Assembly (NCBI GenBank): GCA_963742405.1 | Contig: CAVUMB010000010.1 | Span: forward strand, 80,957-144,956 | Length of the DNA: 64,000 bases | Source of the DNA: an uncultured Alphaproteobacteria bacterium | Lineage (GTDB): Bacteria; Pseudomonadota; Alphaproteobacteria; Rhizobiales; Hyphomicrobiaceae | Direction of reading: 5' to 3' | Shown here: piece after piece, positions 37,177 to 45,429 of the stretch | Position numbering within the stretch: position 1 is the stretch's first letter | Layout: each line of letters opens with the position of its first letter | Made by a program: the position numbers and the translations under genes | Notes under the pieces: model-generated | What the model saw: the letters and a program-made list of their open reading frames with translations, nothing else | Told to the model about the DNA's origin: nothing | Databases searched by the model: none

Positions 37177-37238
37177 GTTCCACCGTGCTTGAGATGACCC
37201 GGAATGTCTGTGATCGGGTTCCAATAGCACGGTGGAAC
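37177..37238 (-). promoter_or_regulatory. 12-bp perfect inverted repeat overlapping the pccB ribosome-binding site
   Basis: GTTCCACCGTGC (37177-88) and GCACGGTGGAAC (37227-38) with a 38-nt spacer. On the mRNA strand the proximal arm GCACGGTGGAAC contains the SD GGTGGA, 4 nt before ATG 37172. Confidence 0.35.
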
Positions 37239-37416
37239 GGCAGCGCAACCGCGACGAAGTGGGGCCGAACGGCGGGCAGGGGCTCTTGATGGTCGGGCGG
37301 CGCTGCGGCTAGAGCAGGCGAGCAGGCCGGACGGTTGCATTTCCAAGGCGCCGGGGCCGTCGTTGCCACCCCAATCATTGGGAGGGTCAAATGCTGCGCG
37401 GCAAACGTCTTCACAT

Positions 37417-38190
37417 TTATCGCAAGTGCGAAAAAGTGGCCACCGCCGCGCGGAAATCGCGCTCGCGCAAAGCCCGGCGCACTTCGGCCTCCTCGTCTGA
37501 GCCCCACAGCGAAATCTGCCAATCGTCATCGACATGCGCCGCGGCCCAGGCCGCGTCGGCACCAATGAGATTATGCGCCAAGGCAATGGCCAGCACCGCC
37601 GAACCCGTCAGCGTCGTGACAAGCTGCAACGCCGCCAGCTGCAGCTCGGACAGTCCCTCGATTGCGTCCGCAACGCGCTCGGCAACGGCCGCTGGCTGCT
37701 CGGCATGAACAATCCCTTCCGCGCGCACGAACCTGGCGCCGATCCGAGCCTCGACGGCGGCGAGGATCGGGTCCCAGATCTCCGCCTGCCGGGCAACGAG
37801 ACCGGACGGGTTGGCAGCGCGATAGCAAAGCAGATCGCTGCCGGCGTAGGCGACGATCTCGGCCGCCACCGCCGCGCGGTTATCGGTGACGGTATCGGCG
37901 GCGCTGTTGGCAAGCCGCGTTGCGGGCATGGTCGCTGGATCGATAAAGTCCCCTTGGCCGGCCCACTCGGACACCACGAGATCGGCGAAGGCTTCATCCT
38001 TGAGACGCAGCACCCGTTTCAATGGCGTTCGCACCGGCCGCCCGTCGAGTGTGATTTCGAAACCACCCTGGTTCTCGATACGGGCAGCGTCTCTGTAGAA
38101 CCGCTTCGGCAGCGGCCCGCGCAACAAATCTTTCGGCGGACTTTTCGGTCCACCCTGGTTTCTTGGAGCGTTCGTATCGCTGTCGCCCAT
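37417..38190 (-). CDS. ATP12 family F1-ATPase assembly chaperone
   Basis: ORF 37417..38229 trimmed to ATG 38190: ...[35 protein letters not shown]...LCYRA.... Confidence 0.7.
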   Translation of the reverse strand: MGDSDTNAPRNQGGPKSPPKDLLRGPLPKRFYRDAARIENQGGFEITLDGRPVRTPLKRVLRLKDEAFADLVVSEWAGQGDFIDPATMPATRLANSAADTVTDNRAAVAAEIVAYAGSDLLCYRAANPSGLVARQAEIWDPILAAVEARIGARFVRAEGIVHAEQPAAVAERVADAIEGLSELQLAALQLVTTLTGSAVLAIALAHNLIGADAAWAAAHVDDDWQISLWGSDEEAEVRRALRERDFRAAVATFSHLR

Positions 38191-38194
38191 CGCT

Positions 38195-38866
38195 CTATCC
38201 CAGCTCTTGCAGCTCGCTGCGAAGCGCACTGGCCAGCGTCAAACTGTCGGCAAGCACACGATGCGCCCCCGCAGCTTCCAGATCGGCGACCGGATGATAC
38301 CCCCACGCGACGCCGATCGCGCGTGTCCCTGCCTCGCGCGCCATCATGATATCGTATGTCGTATCGCCGACCATCAACGTCCGGTCGGCATCTGCTCCCG
38401 CCTCCGCCATCGCCGCCATCAGCATCGCCGGATGTGGCTTGGAGGGATGTGTATCGGCCGTTTGTAAGGTGACGAACACGTCAGCTAAACCCTCCCGGTC
38501 CAGAACCGCCGCAAGTCCGCGCCGGCTCTTGCCTGTCGCTATGCCAAGAAGCGTTCCCGGTTGGCCGGCAAGCGCCAACAGCGTGTCTCGGACACCGGGA
38601 TAAAGCGGTTCCTGATGCGCGCGATCGCGGCGCAAGTCGCCGAACGCGCCCTTATACGCTTCTGCCAGCGCCGTAACGTCCAACGTCTTGGCGGTCGGCA
38701 CCAACCGGCTGACAGCCAAATCGAGCGACAGCCCGACAACCGAAAGGATGGCGCTCCGCCCTGGCGACGGCAGCCCGGCCCCTGCAAAGGCCCGCTCCAT
38801 CGCCGCCACGATCATATGCTGACTGTCGACCAGCGTACCGTCGCAGTCGAATACGACGAGGTTCAA
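38195..38866 (-). CDS. HAD-superfamily hydrolase (phosphoglycolate phosphatase-like)
   Basis: 223-aa ORF (TTG start): MNLVVFDCDGTLVDS (DxDGT motif) ...GIATGKS...MVGDTTYDIMMA. Confidence 0.8.
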   Translation of the reverse strand: MNLVVFDCDGTLVDSQHMIVAAMERAFAGAGLPSPGRSAILSVVGLSLDLAVSRLVPTAKTLDVTALAEAYKGAFGDLRRDRAHQEPLYPGVRDTLLALAGQPGTLLGIATGKSRRGLAAVLDREGLADVFVTLQTADTHPSKPHPAMLMAAMAEAGADADRTLMVGDTTYDIMMAREAGTRAIGVAWGYHPVADLEAAGAHRVLADSLTLASALRSELQELG

Positions 38867-39099
38867 CGCTGCCCCTCCGCCCGCCGCTCCAGCCGGCCGA
38901 TACGCGCCTCGCGCATGTCGACAATTCGGGCCAGCAACCGCGTTCGGCGCACGCTCTCGGCGACCGCGTCGTCAACGATCTTCCAGTAGGCGCGTCCGAA
39001 TGTGCCGCGCGTCTGTCGTGCCGTCTCGCGCAACACACCAAGTGCGATGGCGATCACAGCCCCGGCAAACACGTAACTGAGCAATCCGCCTGCGGTCAT
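38863..39099 (-). CDS. small single-TM protein, unknown function
   Basis: 78-aa ORF. N-terminal TM LLSYVFAGAVIAIALGVL, then an Arg-rich helix. Its start overlaps the upstream stop (TGATG) and its stop overlaps the HAD start (TTGA). Confidence 0.45.
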   Translation of the reverse strand: MTAGGLLSYVFAGAVIAIALGVLRETARQTRGTFGRAYWKIVDDAVAESVRRTRLLARIVDMREARIGRLERRAEGQR

Positions 39100-39374
39100 C
39101 AGCGCGATCCGCCACCACCACTACTGCCGCCCGATGACGAACGACGCGTCGTTTCGAGCCGCTGCAGTCGGGCTTCCTGATCCTGAACAACTTTTTCGAT
39201 CAGGTCGTTCTGGCGCTTCAGTTCAGCGACATACTCTTCCAGCATCTCACCATGCGTCTTGCCGCTGCGACCGGTGTAAACACTCTGGCTACGCTGGACG
39301 AAATAAACGAACACGCCAACCAGCGCCAGGATTGGCAGCCAGCTCAACAGAAGTTGCAAGATATCTTGGCCCAT
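39099..39374 (-). CDS. small single-TM protein with coiled-coil and Gly/Ser tail, unknown function
   Basis: 91-aa ORF. TM LLLSWLPILALVGVFVYFV, helical EEYVAELKRQNDLIEKVVQDQEARLQRLE, tail SSSGGSSGGGGSR. Confidence 0.5.
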   Translation of the reverse strand: MGQDILQLLLSWLPILALVGVFVYFVQRSQSVYTGRSGKTHGEMLEEYVAELKRQNDLIEKVVQDQEARLQRLETTRRSSSGGSSGGGGSR

Positions 39375-39391
39375 CGATATGTCCTTTAGGG

Positions 39392-40501
39392 TCAGGTCTC
39401 GCCTGCAGAATACTTGCTCGAATCCAATCCCAAAAGATCCCAGGTCCGAACCATATGGGGAGGAAGGGGGGCCGAGACATCAATTATGCTACGTCCCGAC
39501 GGATGCGGGATGATCAGCCGCCTCGCATGCAGGTGCAGCTTGTCGTCCATGTTTTCCGCTGGCAGATCCATGCCGCCCTCATACTTCGGATCGCCCACGA
39601 TCGGATGTCCGATGATCGACATATGGGCGCGCAATTGGTGTTGCCGTCCGGTGACCGGCTTCAGTGACACCCATGCCGCCTTCCGTCCGACCCGGTCAAT
39701 GACCGAGTAATGCGTCGTCGCATGCATGGCCTCTTTCTGCTCGCCGGGCTCCGCCTTGCGAACCCGGTCTCCGTCCGGTCCGGCAGCTTTCACGAGCGCG
39801 GCCTCGACCTTGCCCTGCACCGGATGGGGTACACCCTTGACGAGAGCCCAGTAAGTCTTTGCTGCCGATCGCGTCTGGAACGTCCGGCCGAGCTTGGACG
39901 CAGCGTTGCGCGTCTTGGCCACCAAAAGCACGCCGGATGTATCCCGGTCGAGCCGATGCACAAGACGCGGACGCTCGCCGCCGAAGCGATCGGCCATGCC
40001 CGCGAGCATACCGTCGATGTGCCGCTTGGTACCCGTACCGCCCTGCACCGCGATACCGGGCGGCTTGTTTAGGACGAGAACCTCGTCATCCTCAAAGAGA
40101 ATCATTTTCTCGATGATGTCGCGGTCGCCCTTCGACACACCGGGCGGCGCTTTGAGTCCAGGCTTTGACGTTTTCGGCTGACGGATAACGGCGGGTACGC
40201 GAATTTCCATCCCCGCCGCGAGGCGGTCGTTGGCCTGCGCGCGCTTACTATCGACGCGCACCTGTCCCGATCGCAAAAGCTTCTGCAGATAGCTGTAGCC
40301 GACTTCAGGAAAATGGACGCGGAACCAGCGGTCCAGACGCATCTCACTGTCCGCCGCCGCGATTGTGATCGTCTCGACCTTCGGTTTCACGAGGTCCACC
40401 GCACCAGCCTTTGCGTCTCTGGGCACCGCACTGGCCTTTCCGTCTCTGGCCTTTCCGTCTCTGGCCTTTCCGTCTCTGGCCTTCTCCTTGGCTCTCATCA
40501 T
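39392..40501 (-). CDS. RluA-family 23S rRNA pseudouridine synthase (RluC/RluD-type, with S4 domain)
   Basis: ORF 39392..40513. ATG 40501 overlaps the crcB stop (ATGA). S4-like LDRWFRVHFPEV...LLRSGQVRVD. Catalytic HRLDRDTSGVLLVAK. Confidence 0.85.
   Translation of the reverse strand: MMRAKEKARDGKARDGKARDGKASAVPRDAKAGAVDLVKPKVETITIAAADSEMRLDRWFRVHFPEVGYSYLQKLLRSGQVRVDSKRAQANDRLAAGMEIRVPAVIRQPKTSKPGLKAPPGVSKGDRDIIEKMILFEDDEVLVLNKPPGIAVQGGTGTKRHIDGMLAGMADRFGGERPRLVHRLDRDTSGVLLVAKTRNAASKLGRTFQTRSAAKTYWALVKGVPHPVQGKVEAALVKAAGPDGDRVRKAEPGEQKEAMHATTHYSVIDRVGRKAAWVSLKPVTGRQHQLRAHMSIIGHPIVGDPKYEGGMDLPAENMDDKLHLHARRLIIPHPSGRSIIDVSAPLPPHMVRTWDLLGLDSSKYSAGET
40407..40483. repeat. 15-bp tandem repeat inside the pseudouridine synthase 5' end
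   Basis: TGGCCTTTCCGTCTC x3 perfect copies (40432-40476), plus a partial copy and a 1-mismatch copy at 40407-22. Encodes (ARDGK)n. Confidence 0.85.
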
Positions 40502-40905
40502 GTCAGCGTCCAACGAGCAAGAGCGATGCCGGCAAAAAGTCCTGCAATCGACAACACCACGGAACCGGCGATGTAGCCCGCCACCGCCGCGAGTGAGCGG
40601 TTGGCGAAAAGATCAAAAACATCGAGCGAAAAGGCCGAGAACGTCGTGAAGCCACCAAGTATGCCGGCCATCACGAAGGCCCGCAGTTCAGCCGATGCCT
40701 CGAAACGCTCCAGGATTGTTACAGTGGCAAGTCCCATCACGAACGATCCCGCCACATTGATGGTCATCGTCGCCCACGGAAACGCAGCCCCGTCGCGCGC
40801 TGCGATCGATCCGGCAAACAGTTGGCCAGCAAACAGTTGATACGTCAGAAAGCGGAGGGCTGCTCCGATGGCGCCGCCCGCCGAAACAAGGAACAGCAGC
40901 TTCAT
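40498..40905 (-). CDS. crcB: fluoride ion channel CrcB/FluC
   Basis: 135-aa 4-TM ORF: MKLLFLVSAGGAIGAALRF...FPWATMTINVAGSFVMG...GGFTTFSAFS. Confidence 0.85.
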   Translation of the reverse strand: MKLLFLVSAGGAIGAALRFLTYQLFAGQLFAGSIAARDGAAFPWATMTINVAGSFVMGLATVTILERFEASAELRAFVMAGILGGFTTFSAFSLDVFDLFANRSLAAVAGYIAGSVVLSIAGLFAGIALARWTLT

Positions 40906-40965
40906 CGCGCCCTCGAACTCGGTAATCGCGGCTTATAGCCCGGCGCGGTTCGTTAACGCAAAGGC

Positions 40966-41202
40966 TCAATCGTCGTCGGGGTTAGTGGAGAAACCGCGGC
41001 CCAGGGCCCAGCCAATCGTCCAACCGATCAGCATGGCGAACAGATTGACGCCCAGGAATATTGCCGAGTGAAGGTCCGCGACCTGATCGGGACTGTCGAA
41101 TTTGAGTTGGTCGACGATCCACGACGCAATCGGGGTCGCCAGGAACACGGTCGTCACGGCAGCGAAGGCCGCAGCAAAGATCATGGCCACCAGATAGCGC
41201 AT
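40966..41202 (-). CDS. small two-TM membrane protein, unknown function
   Basis: ORF 40966..41286 trimmed to ATG 41202 (GGGAGA SD): MRYLVAMIFAAAFAAVTTVFLA...AIFLGVNLFAMLIGWTIGWAL. It starts 43 nt downstream of the Tae4-like gene. Confidence 0.5.
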   Translation of the reverse strand: MRYLVAMIFAAAFAAVTTVFLATPIASWIVDQLKFDSPDQVADLHSAIFLGVNLFAMLIGWTIGWALGRGFSTNPDDD

Positions 41203-41245
41203 GTGGTTCTCCCATTCTTGTCGTTTGGCGACACGCGCCGGCGGC

Positions 41246-41791
41246 TTACTTGACTTCCCAGAACCAGATTTCACCGGCTCCTGCATAGTTTGAGTAGTAG
41301 CCGATCCAGGAGAACCACTCCATCAACCACTTGGCGGACGAGCGATATCCGTTCCACACGTCGATATGATCGCCGGTGGCGCGGCCCTGATCCGTCGAGC
41401 GATGCCAGTAGTCTTGGATGAAGATGATGCCGGTGCGTCCAAAGATCTTGGGGTAGAACTGCGCCGCCTCGGCGCCGGTGAACTTTTCAATCGGCCCCAC
41501 CCCCGCGATGTTGGCCCGCGCGATCGCGCTCGCCAGCTGGCTGGCATTGATGAAATGCATGTCTTCGCGCGGGTGCACCGAACAGTGCGAGCATCCCGCA
41601 ATCTGCGCTGGCTGTACCCCCGCGCGGCGCAGCGCAACGCCCATGCGGATTGCGCACTGGTTGGAGAAAACGGGAAAGGCGGTTTTAATCTGCCGGCCTT
41701 CGAGATTGACGAGATCTCGCGGCGCCAGACAGGGCGTCTGTACGCTCTCGTTGATCGGATGCCCGTACCAAAGATCCTTGAACACGATCAT
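41246..41791 (-). CDS. Tae4-family peptidoglycan amidase (T6SS amidase effector 4-like, papain-fold Cys/His)
   Basis: ORF 41246..41839 trimmed to ATG 41791 (GGGGGAG SD). No signal peptide. FKDLWYGHP start, catalytic-Cys motif FSNQCAIRMGVAL, His motif GDHIDVWNG. These match my recollection of Tae4 (NACPIRMS / GHVTLWNG). Confidence 0.7.
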   Translation of the reverse strand: MIVFKDLWYGHPINESVQTPCLAPRDLVNLEGRQIKTAFPVFSNQCAIRMGVALRRAGVQPAQIAGCSHCSVHPREDMHFINASQLASAIARANIAGVGPIEKFTGAEAAQFYPKIFGRTGIIFIQDYWHRSTDQGRATGDHIDVWNGYRSSAKWLMEWFSWIGYYSNYAGAGEIWFWEVK

Positions 41792-41908
41792 TCCGAACGC
41801 ACTCCCCCAGGGTTCCTGTTCGTTCGAGCACCCAAGCACCGCCCCTGCGACGGCCGACTATAGCATCGGCGGCGGGCCGCGCCAGCGGGCCGCGCGCCGT
41901 CGCCCTTA

Positions 41909-43219
41909 CTAGCTGCGCTTTTTCCGCAGCGCTGCCCAATAATCCAGCCTCTTTCGTATCTCGCGCTCGAAGCCTCGTTCGGGCGGATCGTAAAACTGCG
42001 GCCGCTTTCTCAGTTCATCGGGAAAGTAGTTCTGGCCGGAAAAGCCGTCGGGCGCGTCATGGTCATACTGATACCCCTCGCCGTAGCCCTCTTCTTCCAT
42101 GAACTTGGTCGGAGCATTGAGAATAATCTTGGGCGGCGACAGCGAACCGTGGTCGCGTGCGGCCCGCATGGCCGCCTTGTAGGCAACATAGTTGGCATTC
42201 GATTTCGGCGCGGTCGCTAGATACAGCACGGCTTGGCTCAAGGCGAGTTCGCCTTCCGGTGAACCCAAAAAGTCGTAGGCCTCCTTGGCGGCGTTGGTGA
42301 CGACAAGCGCCTGTGGATCGGCAAGGCCAATGTCTTCCACCGCCATGCGCACCAGCCGGCGGGCCAGGAACAGCCGATCCTCGCCGCCTTCGAGCATGCG
42401 GGCGAACCAGTACAGCGCCGCGTCCGGGTCCGATCCGCGAACGGCCTTGTGCAAGGCGGATATGAGGTTGTAGTGCCCCTCGCGGCCCTTGTCGTAAATC
42501 GGCGCGCGACGCTGCACGAGGCGGACGAGGTCTTCCCGTCCGATCGGTGCCGCATCGGCAGCAAGCGTCGCAAAGACATCCTCGGCCAGATTGAGAATGG
42601 CACGGCCATCGCCGTCGGCCATCTGCAACAGCGCTCCGCGCGCATCCTCATCGAGCGGCAGGCGACGTCCGGTCTCTGTTTCCGCTCGCTGGAGCAGACC
42701 CTCGAGCGCGACATCGTCGAGGCGATTGAGGGTAAGAACGATGGCACGCGACAAAAGTGCGGCGTTGAGTTCGAACGATGGATTTTCCGTCGTCGCGCCA
42801 ACGAGCGTGATCGTCCCGTCTTCCACGTGCGGCAGAAAGCTGTCTTGCTGCGAGCGGTTGAAGCGATGAATTTCATCGATGAAAAGCAGCGTGCCGCGTC
42901 CCTGCTCGCGGTTGAGCCGTGCCTTATCGAACGCTTTGCGCAGATCCTGGACACCGGAAAAAATGGCCGACAATTGTTCGAACGCGAGGTTGGTCTCGCC
43001 TGCAAGAAGCCGCGCGATCGTCGTCTTCCCGCAGCCCGGCGGGCCCCACAAAACAAGGCTCGGTAACCGTCCACCTTTCAGCAGCCGCGTCAGCTTGCCT
43101 TCGGGCCCCACGAGATGGTCCTGGCCGGCGACTTCCGCCAGCGTCTGCGGGCGCAAGCGATCCGCAAGCGGGCGAGGCGCGCTTTTCTCCAGCCCGGCAG
43201 CTTCGAACAAATTCGTCAT
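41909..43219 (-). CDS. rarA: replication-associated recombination protein A (RarA/MgsA AAA+ ATPase)
   Basis: 436-aa ORF: LADRLRPQTLAEVAGQDHLVG, Walker A GPPGCGKTT, FIDEIHRFN, C-terminal MgsA domain. Confidence 0.9.
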   Translation of the reverse strand: MTNLFEAAGLEKSAPRPLADRLRPQTLAEVAGQDHLVGPEGKLTRLLKGGRLPSLVLWGPPGCGKTTIARLLAGETNLAFEQLSAIFSGVQDLRKAFDKARLNREQGRGTLLFIDEIHRFNRSQQDSFLPHVEDGTITLVGATTENPSFELNAALLSRAIVLTLNRLDDVALEGLLQRAETETGRRLPLDEDARGALLQMADGDGRAILNLAEDVFATLAADAAPIGREDLVRLVQRRAPIYDKGREGHYNLISALHKAVRGSDPDAALYWFARMLEGGEDRLFLARRLVRMAVEDIGLADPQALVVTNAAKEAYDFLGSPEGELALSQAVLYLATAPKSNANYVAYKAAMRAARDHGSLSPPKIILNAPTKFMEEEGYGEGYQYDHDAPDGFSGQNYFPDELRKRPQFYDPPERGFEREIRKRLDYWAALRKKRS

Positions 43220-43276
43220 CGCAGGGTTATAGGCCGCCGGCAGGAAAGACGAAACCGCCCGATCGGTGGTGGCGGT

Positions 43277-44719
43277 TCAGCCCGGCACCTGCAGCAACAT
43301 CGCCTTGCCTTCACGGCGGATACCGACAATCCAGGTCCCCTGCCGCGTCGCAAGCGCTTGTTCAAGATCAGCGATTGCCGCGATCGGCTGCCGCTGCAGT
43401 TCCGTGATGACGTCGCCAGGCTGAAAGCCTAGCCGTTGCGCCAGCGAACCCGGCCGCAACGAAATGATCGCAACGCCGTCGCCTTCATCGATCCCCAGTT
43501 CGTCGGCCAGCCCTGGGAGAATGTTCGAAACCCGCGCGCCGTCGAAGGGATGCGCGCCGGCAAGGTTGCGCACATCGTCCTTGCCGGGTTGCGGGGGAGC
43601 GGCGAGCGTCAGGTTGATCGTCACCGGCCGGCTGTTGCGCAAAAGGTCGATCTGTGAGGTATTGCCGACGCCGCGCGTCGTCATTCGATAATAAACCGCC
43701 CTTGGATCGGCGACTTCAAATCCATCGACGCGCGTAATGACGTCGCCCGCCTGCAACCCGGCCGCAGCACCCGGCCCTCGGTTCGACACCCGCGAAACGA
43801 CCGCACCCGAGATACGGTCAAGACCCAGCGCCTCGGCGATCTCGCGGTTGACCGGCTCAAGCAGCGCGCCGAGCCACGGCCGCTCGACTTTACGTCCCGC
43901 AGCCGTGCTCTCGACATAGAGCCGGACAAGGTTTGAGGGAATGGCAAAGCCGATCCCTTGCGATCCTCCGGTCTGACTAAAAATCATCGTATTGATGCCG
44001 ATCAGCCGGCCGGACATGTCGATCAGAGCGCCGCCGGAGTTGCCCGGATTGATGGCCGCATCCGTTTGAATAAAAACCTGACTGTCTGATTTGCCGATTT
44101 CGGTGCGAGCCAGCGCCGAGACGATGCCCGACGTCACGGTCTGGCCGACGCCGAACGGATTCCCGATGGCAAGGACCAGATCGCCGACTTCAAGCGTATC
44201 GCTGTCTTCGAAGGCGATGACGGGAAACCGGCCGGTGCCGCCCTCGATCTTCAAAATGGCGATATCGGTCTTGTCGTCCTGCACCACAACGCGCGCGTCG
44301 TATTCCCGTTTGTCGGCCAGTGCTACGCGAATTTCGGTTTCGCCCCGACCCTTGATCACATGCGTGTTGGTAACGATCGTGCCGTCATCGGCGACGATCA
44401 CGCCGGATCCCAGCGAACTTTGCACGCGCTCGGAGGGTCGTCCGAAGCGGTCACCAAAGAACTGACGGAAGAAGGGATCGTTGGCAAAGGGCGACGAAAA
44501 GGCCTGCACGCGCCGCCGGACATAGACATTGACGACGGCGGGCGAGGCCTTGCGAGCGATCGGCGCAAAGGAATATTGCACCAGTTCGCGCGACGGCGGC
44601 ACCTGCTTCTCAGCTTTTTGCTGCGCCTGGCTCTCCGAGGCGACCGCAAATCCGAAAATGGCCGCGACAGCAAGAAGCCCGGCCAAACCAACGGTCCAGG
44701 CGATGGCTCGGTTTCGCAT
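43277..44719 (-). CDS. Do/DegP/DegQ-family periplasmic serine endoprotease (trypsin domain + 2 PDZ)
   Basis: ORF 43277..44830 trimmed to ATG 44719 (signal MRNRAIAWTVGLAGLLAVAAIFG). Catalytic motifs TNTHV, DIAILK, GNSGGAL. Confidence 0.85.
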   Translation of the reverse strand: MRNRAIAWTVGLAGLLAVAAIFGFAVASESQAQQKAEKQVPPSRELVQYSFAPIARKASPAVVNVYVRRRVQAFSSPFANDPFFRQFFGDRFGRPSERVQSSLGSGVIVADDGTIVTNTHVIKGRGETEIRVALADKREYDARVVVQDDKTDIAILKIEGGTGRFPVIAFEDSDTLEVGDLVLAIGNPFGVGQTVTSGIVSALARTEIGKSDSQVFIQTDAAINPGNSGGALIDMSGRLIGINTMIFSQTGGSQGIGFAIPSNLVRLYVESTAAGRKVERPWLGALLEPVNREIAEALGLDRISGAVVSRVSNRGPGAAAGLQAGDVITRVDGFEVADPRAVYYRMTTRGVGNTSQIDLLRNSRPVTINLTLAAPPQPGKDDVRNLAGAHPFDGARVSNILPGLADELGIDEGDGVAIISLRPGSLAQRLGFQPGDVITELQRQPIAAIADLEQALATRQGTWIVGIRREGKAMLLQVPG

Positions 44720-44820
44720 CAAGATCCTCGATGGCTTCGGACTTGGCATACTGAGACATGCGTGCAAGCGACGATATAGGCGATGTGCCCGGCAAGACCA
44801 AGGCGCGCGGGCCGCCGCGT

Positions 44821-44858
44821 CAAAATGCAAAACGCCCGCCGGGTTCGAACGGCAGGCG
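44821..44858 (-). terminator. rho-independent terminator after rplQ
   Basis: 9-bp stem CGCCUGCCG/CGGCGGGCG (one G-U pair), followed on the minus strand by TTTTGCATTTTG. Confidence 0.5.
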
Positions 44859-44884
44859 CCTCGCAGGGATCAGAAGGCAACAGC

Positions 44885-45316
44885 TTAAACACCAGCCTCT
44901 TCACGAGCGGCGACGTCGGCCTCGTGCCGGGCCTTGTCGTCGGCGCCCTTGACGCTCTCGTCGCGGTCCACGAGTTCGATAACGGCGCGCGGAGCGCTGT
45001 CGCCATACCGGAACCCGGCCTTCATGACGCGGGCATAACCGCCGGTGCGAGATTTGTAGCGCGGGCCGAGCACGTCAAACAATTTCTTGACCATGTCCTC
45101 GTCACGCAGCCGCGCGGCGGCGAGCCGCCGGGAATTGAGATCACCCCGCTTGGCGAGCGTGATGTACTTGTCGATCACGCGCTTCAGGTCCTTGGCCTTG
45201 GGCAAGGTTGTGACGATCTGCTCGTGTTTGATGAGGGCCGCCGCCATGTTGGAGAACATGGCTTGACGATGGGCGCTATCGCGGTTGAACCGCCGGCCCA
45301 GACTTCCGTGACGCAT
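44885..45316 (-). CDS. rplQ: 50S ribosomal protein L17
   Basis: [20 protein letters not shown]... canonical bL17, last gene of the alpha operon. Confidence 0.95.
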   Translation of the reverse strand: MRHGSLGRRFNRDSAHRQAMFSNMAAALIKHEQIVTTLPKAKDLKRVIDKYITLAKRGDLNSRRLAAARLRDEDMVKKLFDVLGPRYKSRTGGYARVMKAGFRYGDSAPRAVIELVDRDESVKGADDKARHEADVAAREEAGV

Positions 45317-45429
45317 GTCGATGTCTCTCTTTTTCTCTGCCGGTTGTTACGGGGAGGTTCTACGGCCTCGCCTCGTTCGTGAAGGAGCATGGCGGCTTGC
45401 CTCTACTGGAGGCCGCCATGCGGTCGAAC

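Noticed and set aside
40407-40483. Short tandem repeat that could be mistaken for a CRISPR array.
   Set aside because: The repeats are 15 bp, directly abutting with no spacers, inside a coding region and in frame. No cas genes are present.
40906-40965. Possible fluoride riboswitch (crcB motif) upstream of crcB.
   Set aside because: The 60-nt spacer contains AACCGCG but lacks the 5' GGxGAUGG...CC pseudoknot half and the GCUGAUGA..CCU segment as I remember the consensus. crcB may be co-transcribed with the upstream small ORF. A covariance-model scan (Rfam RF01734) would settle it.
41246-43219. A T6SS or other secretion locus around the Tae4-like gene.
   Set aside because: The neighbours are rarA, the Do-type protease, crcB and the pseudouridine synthase. 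No Hcp/VgrG/PAAR/TssB-C-like sequence was recognised anywhere in the window.
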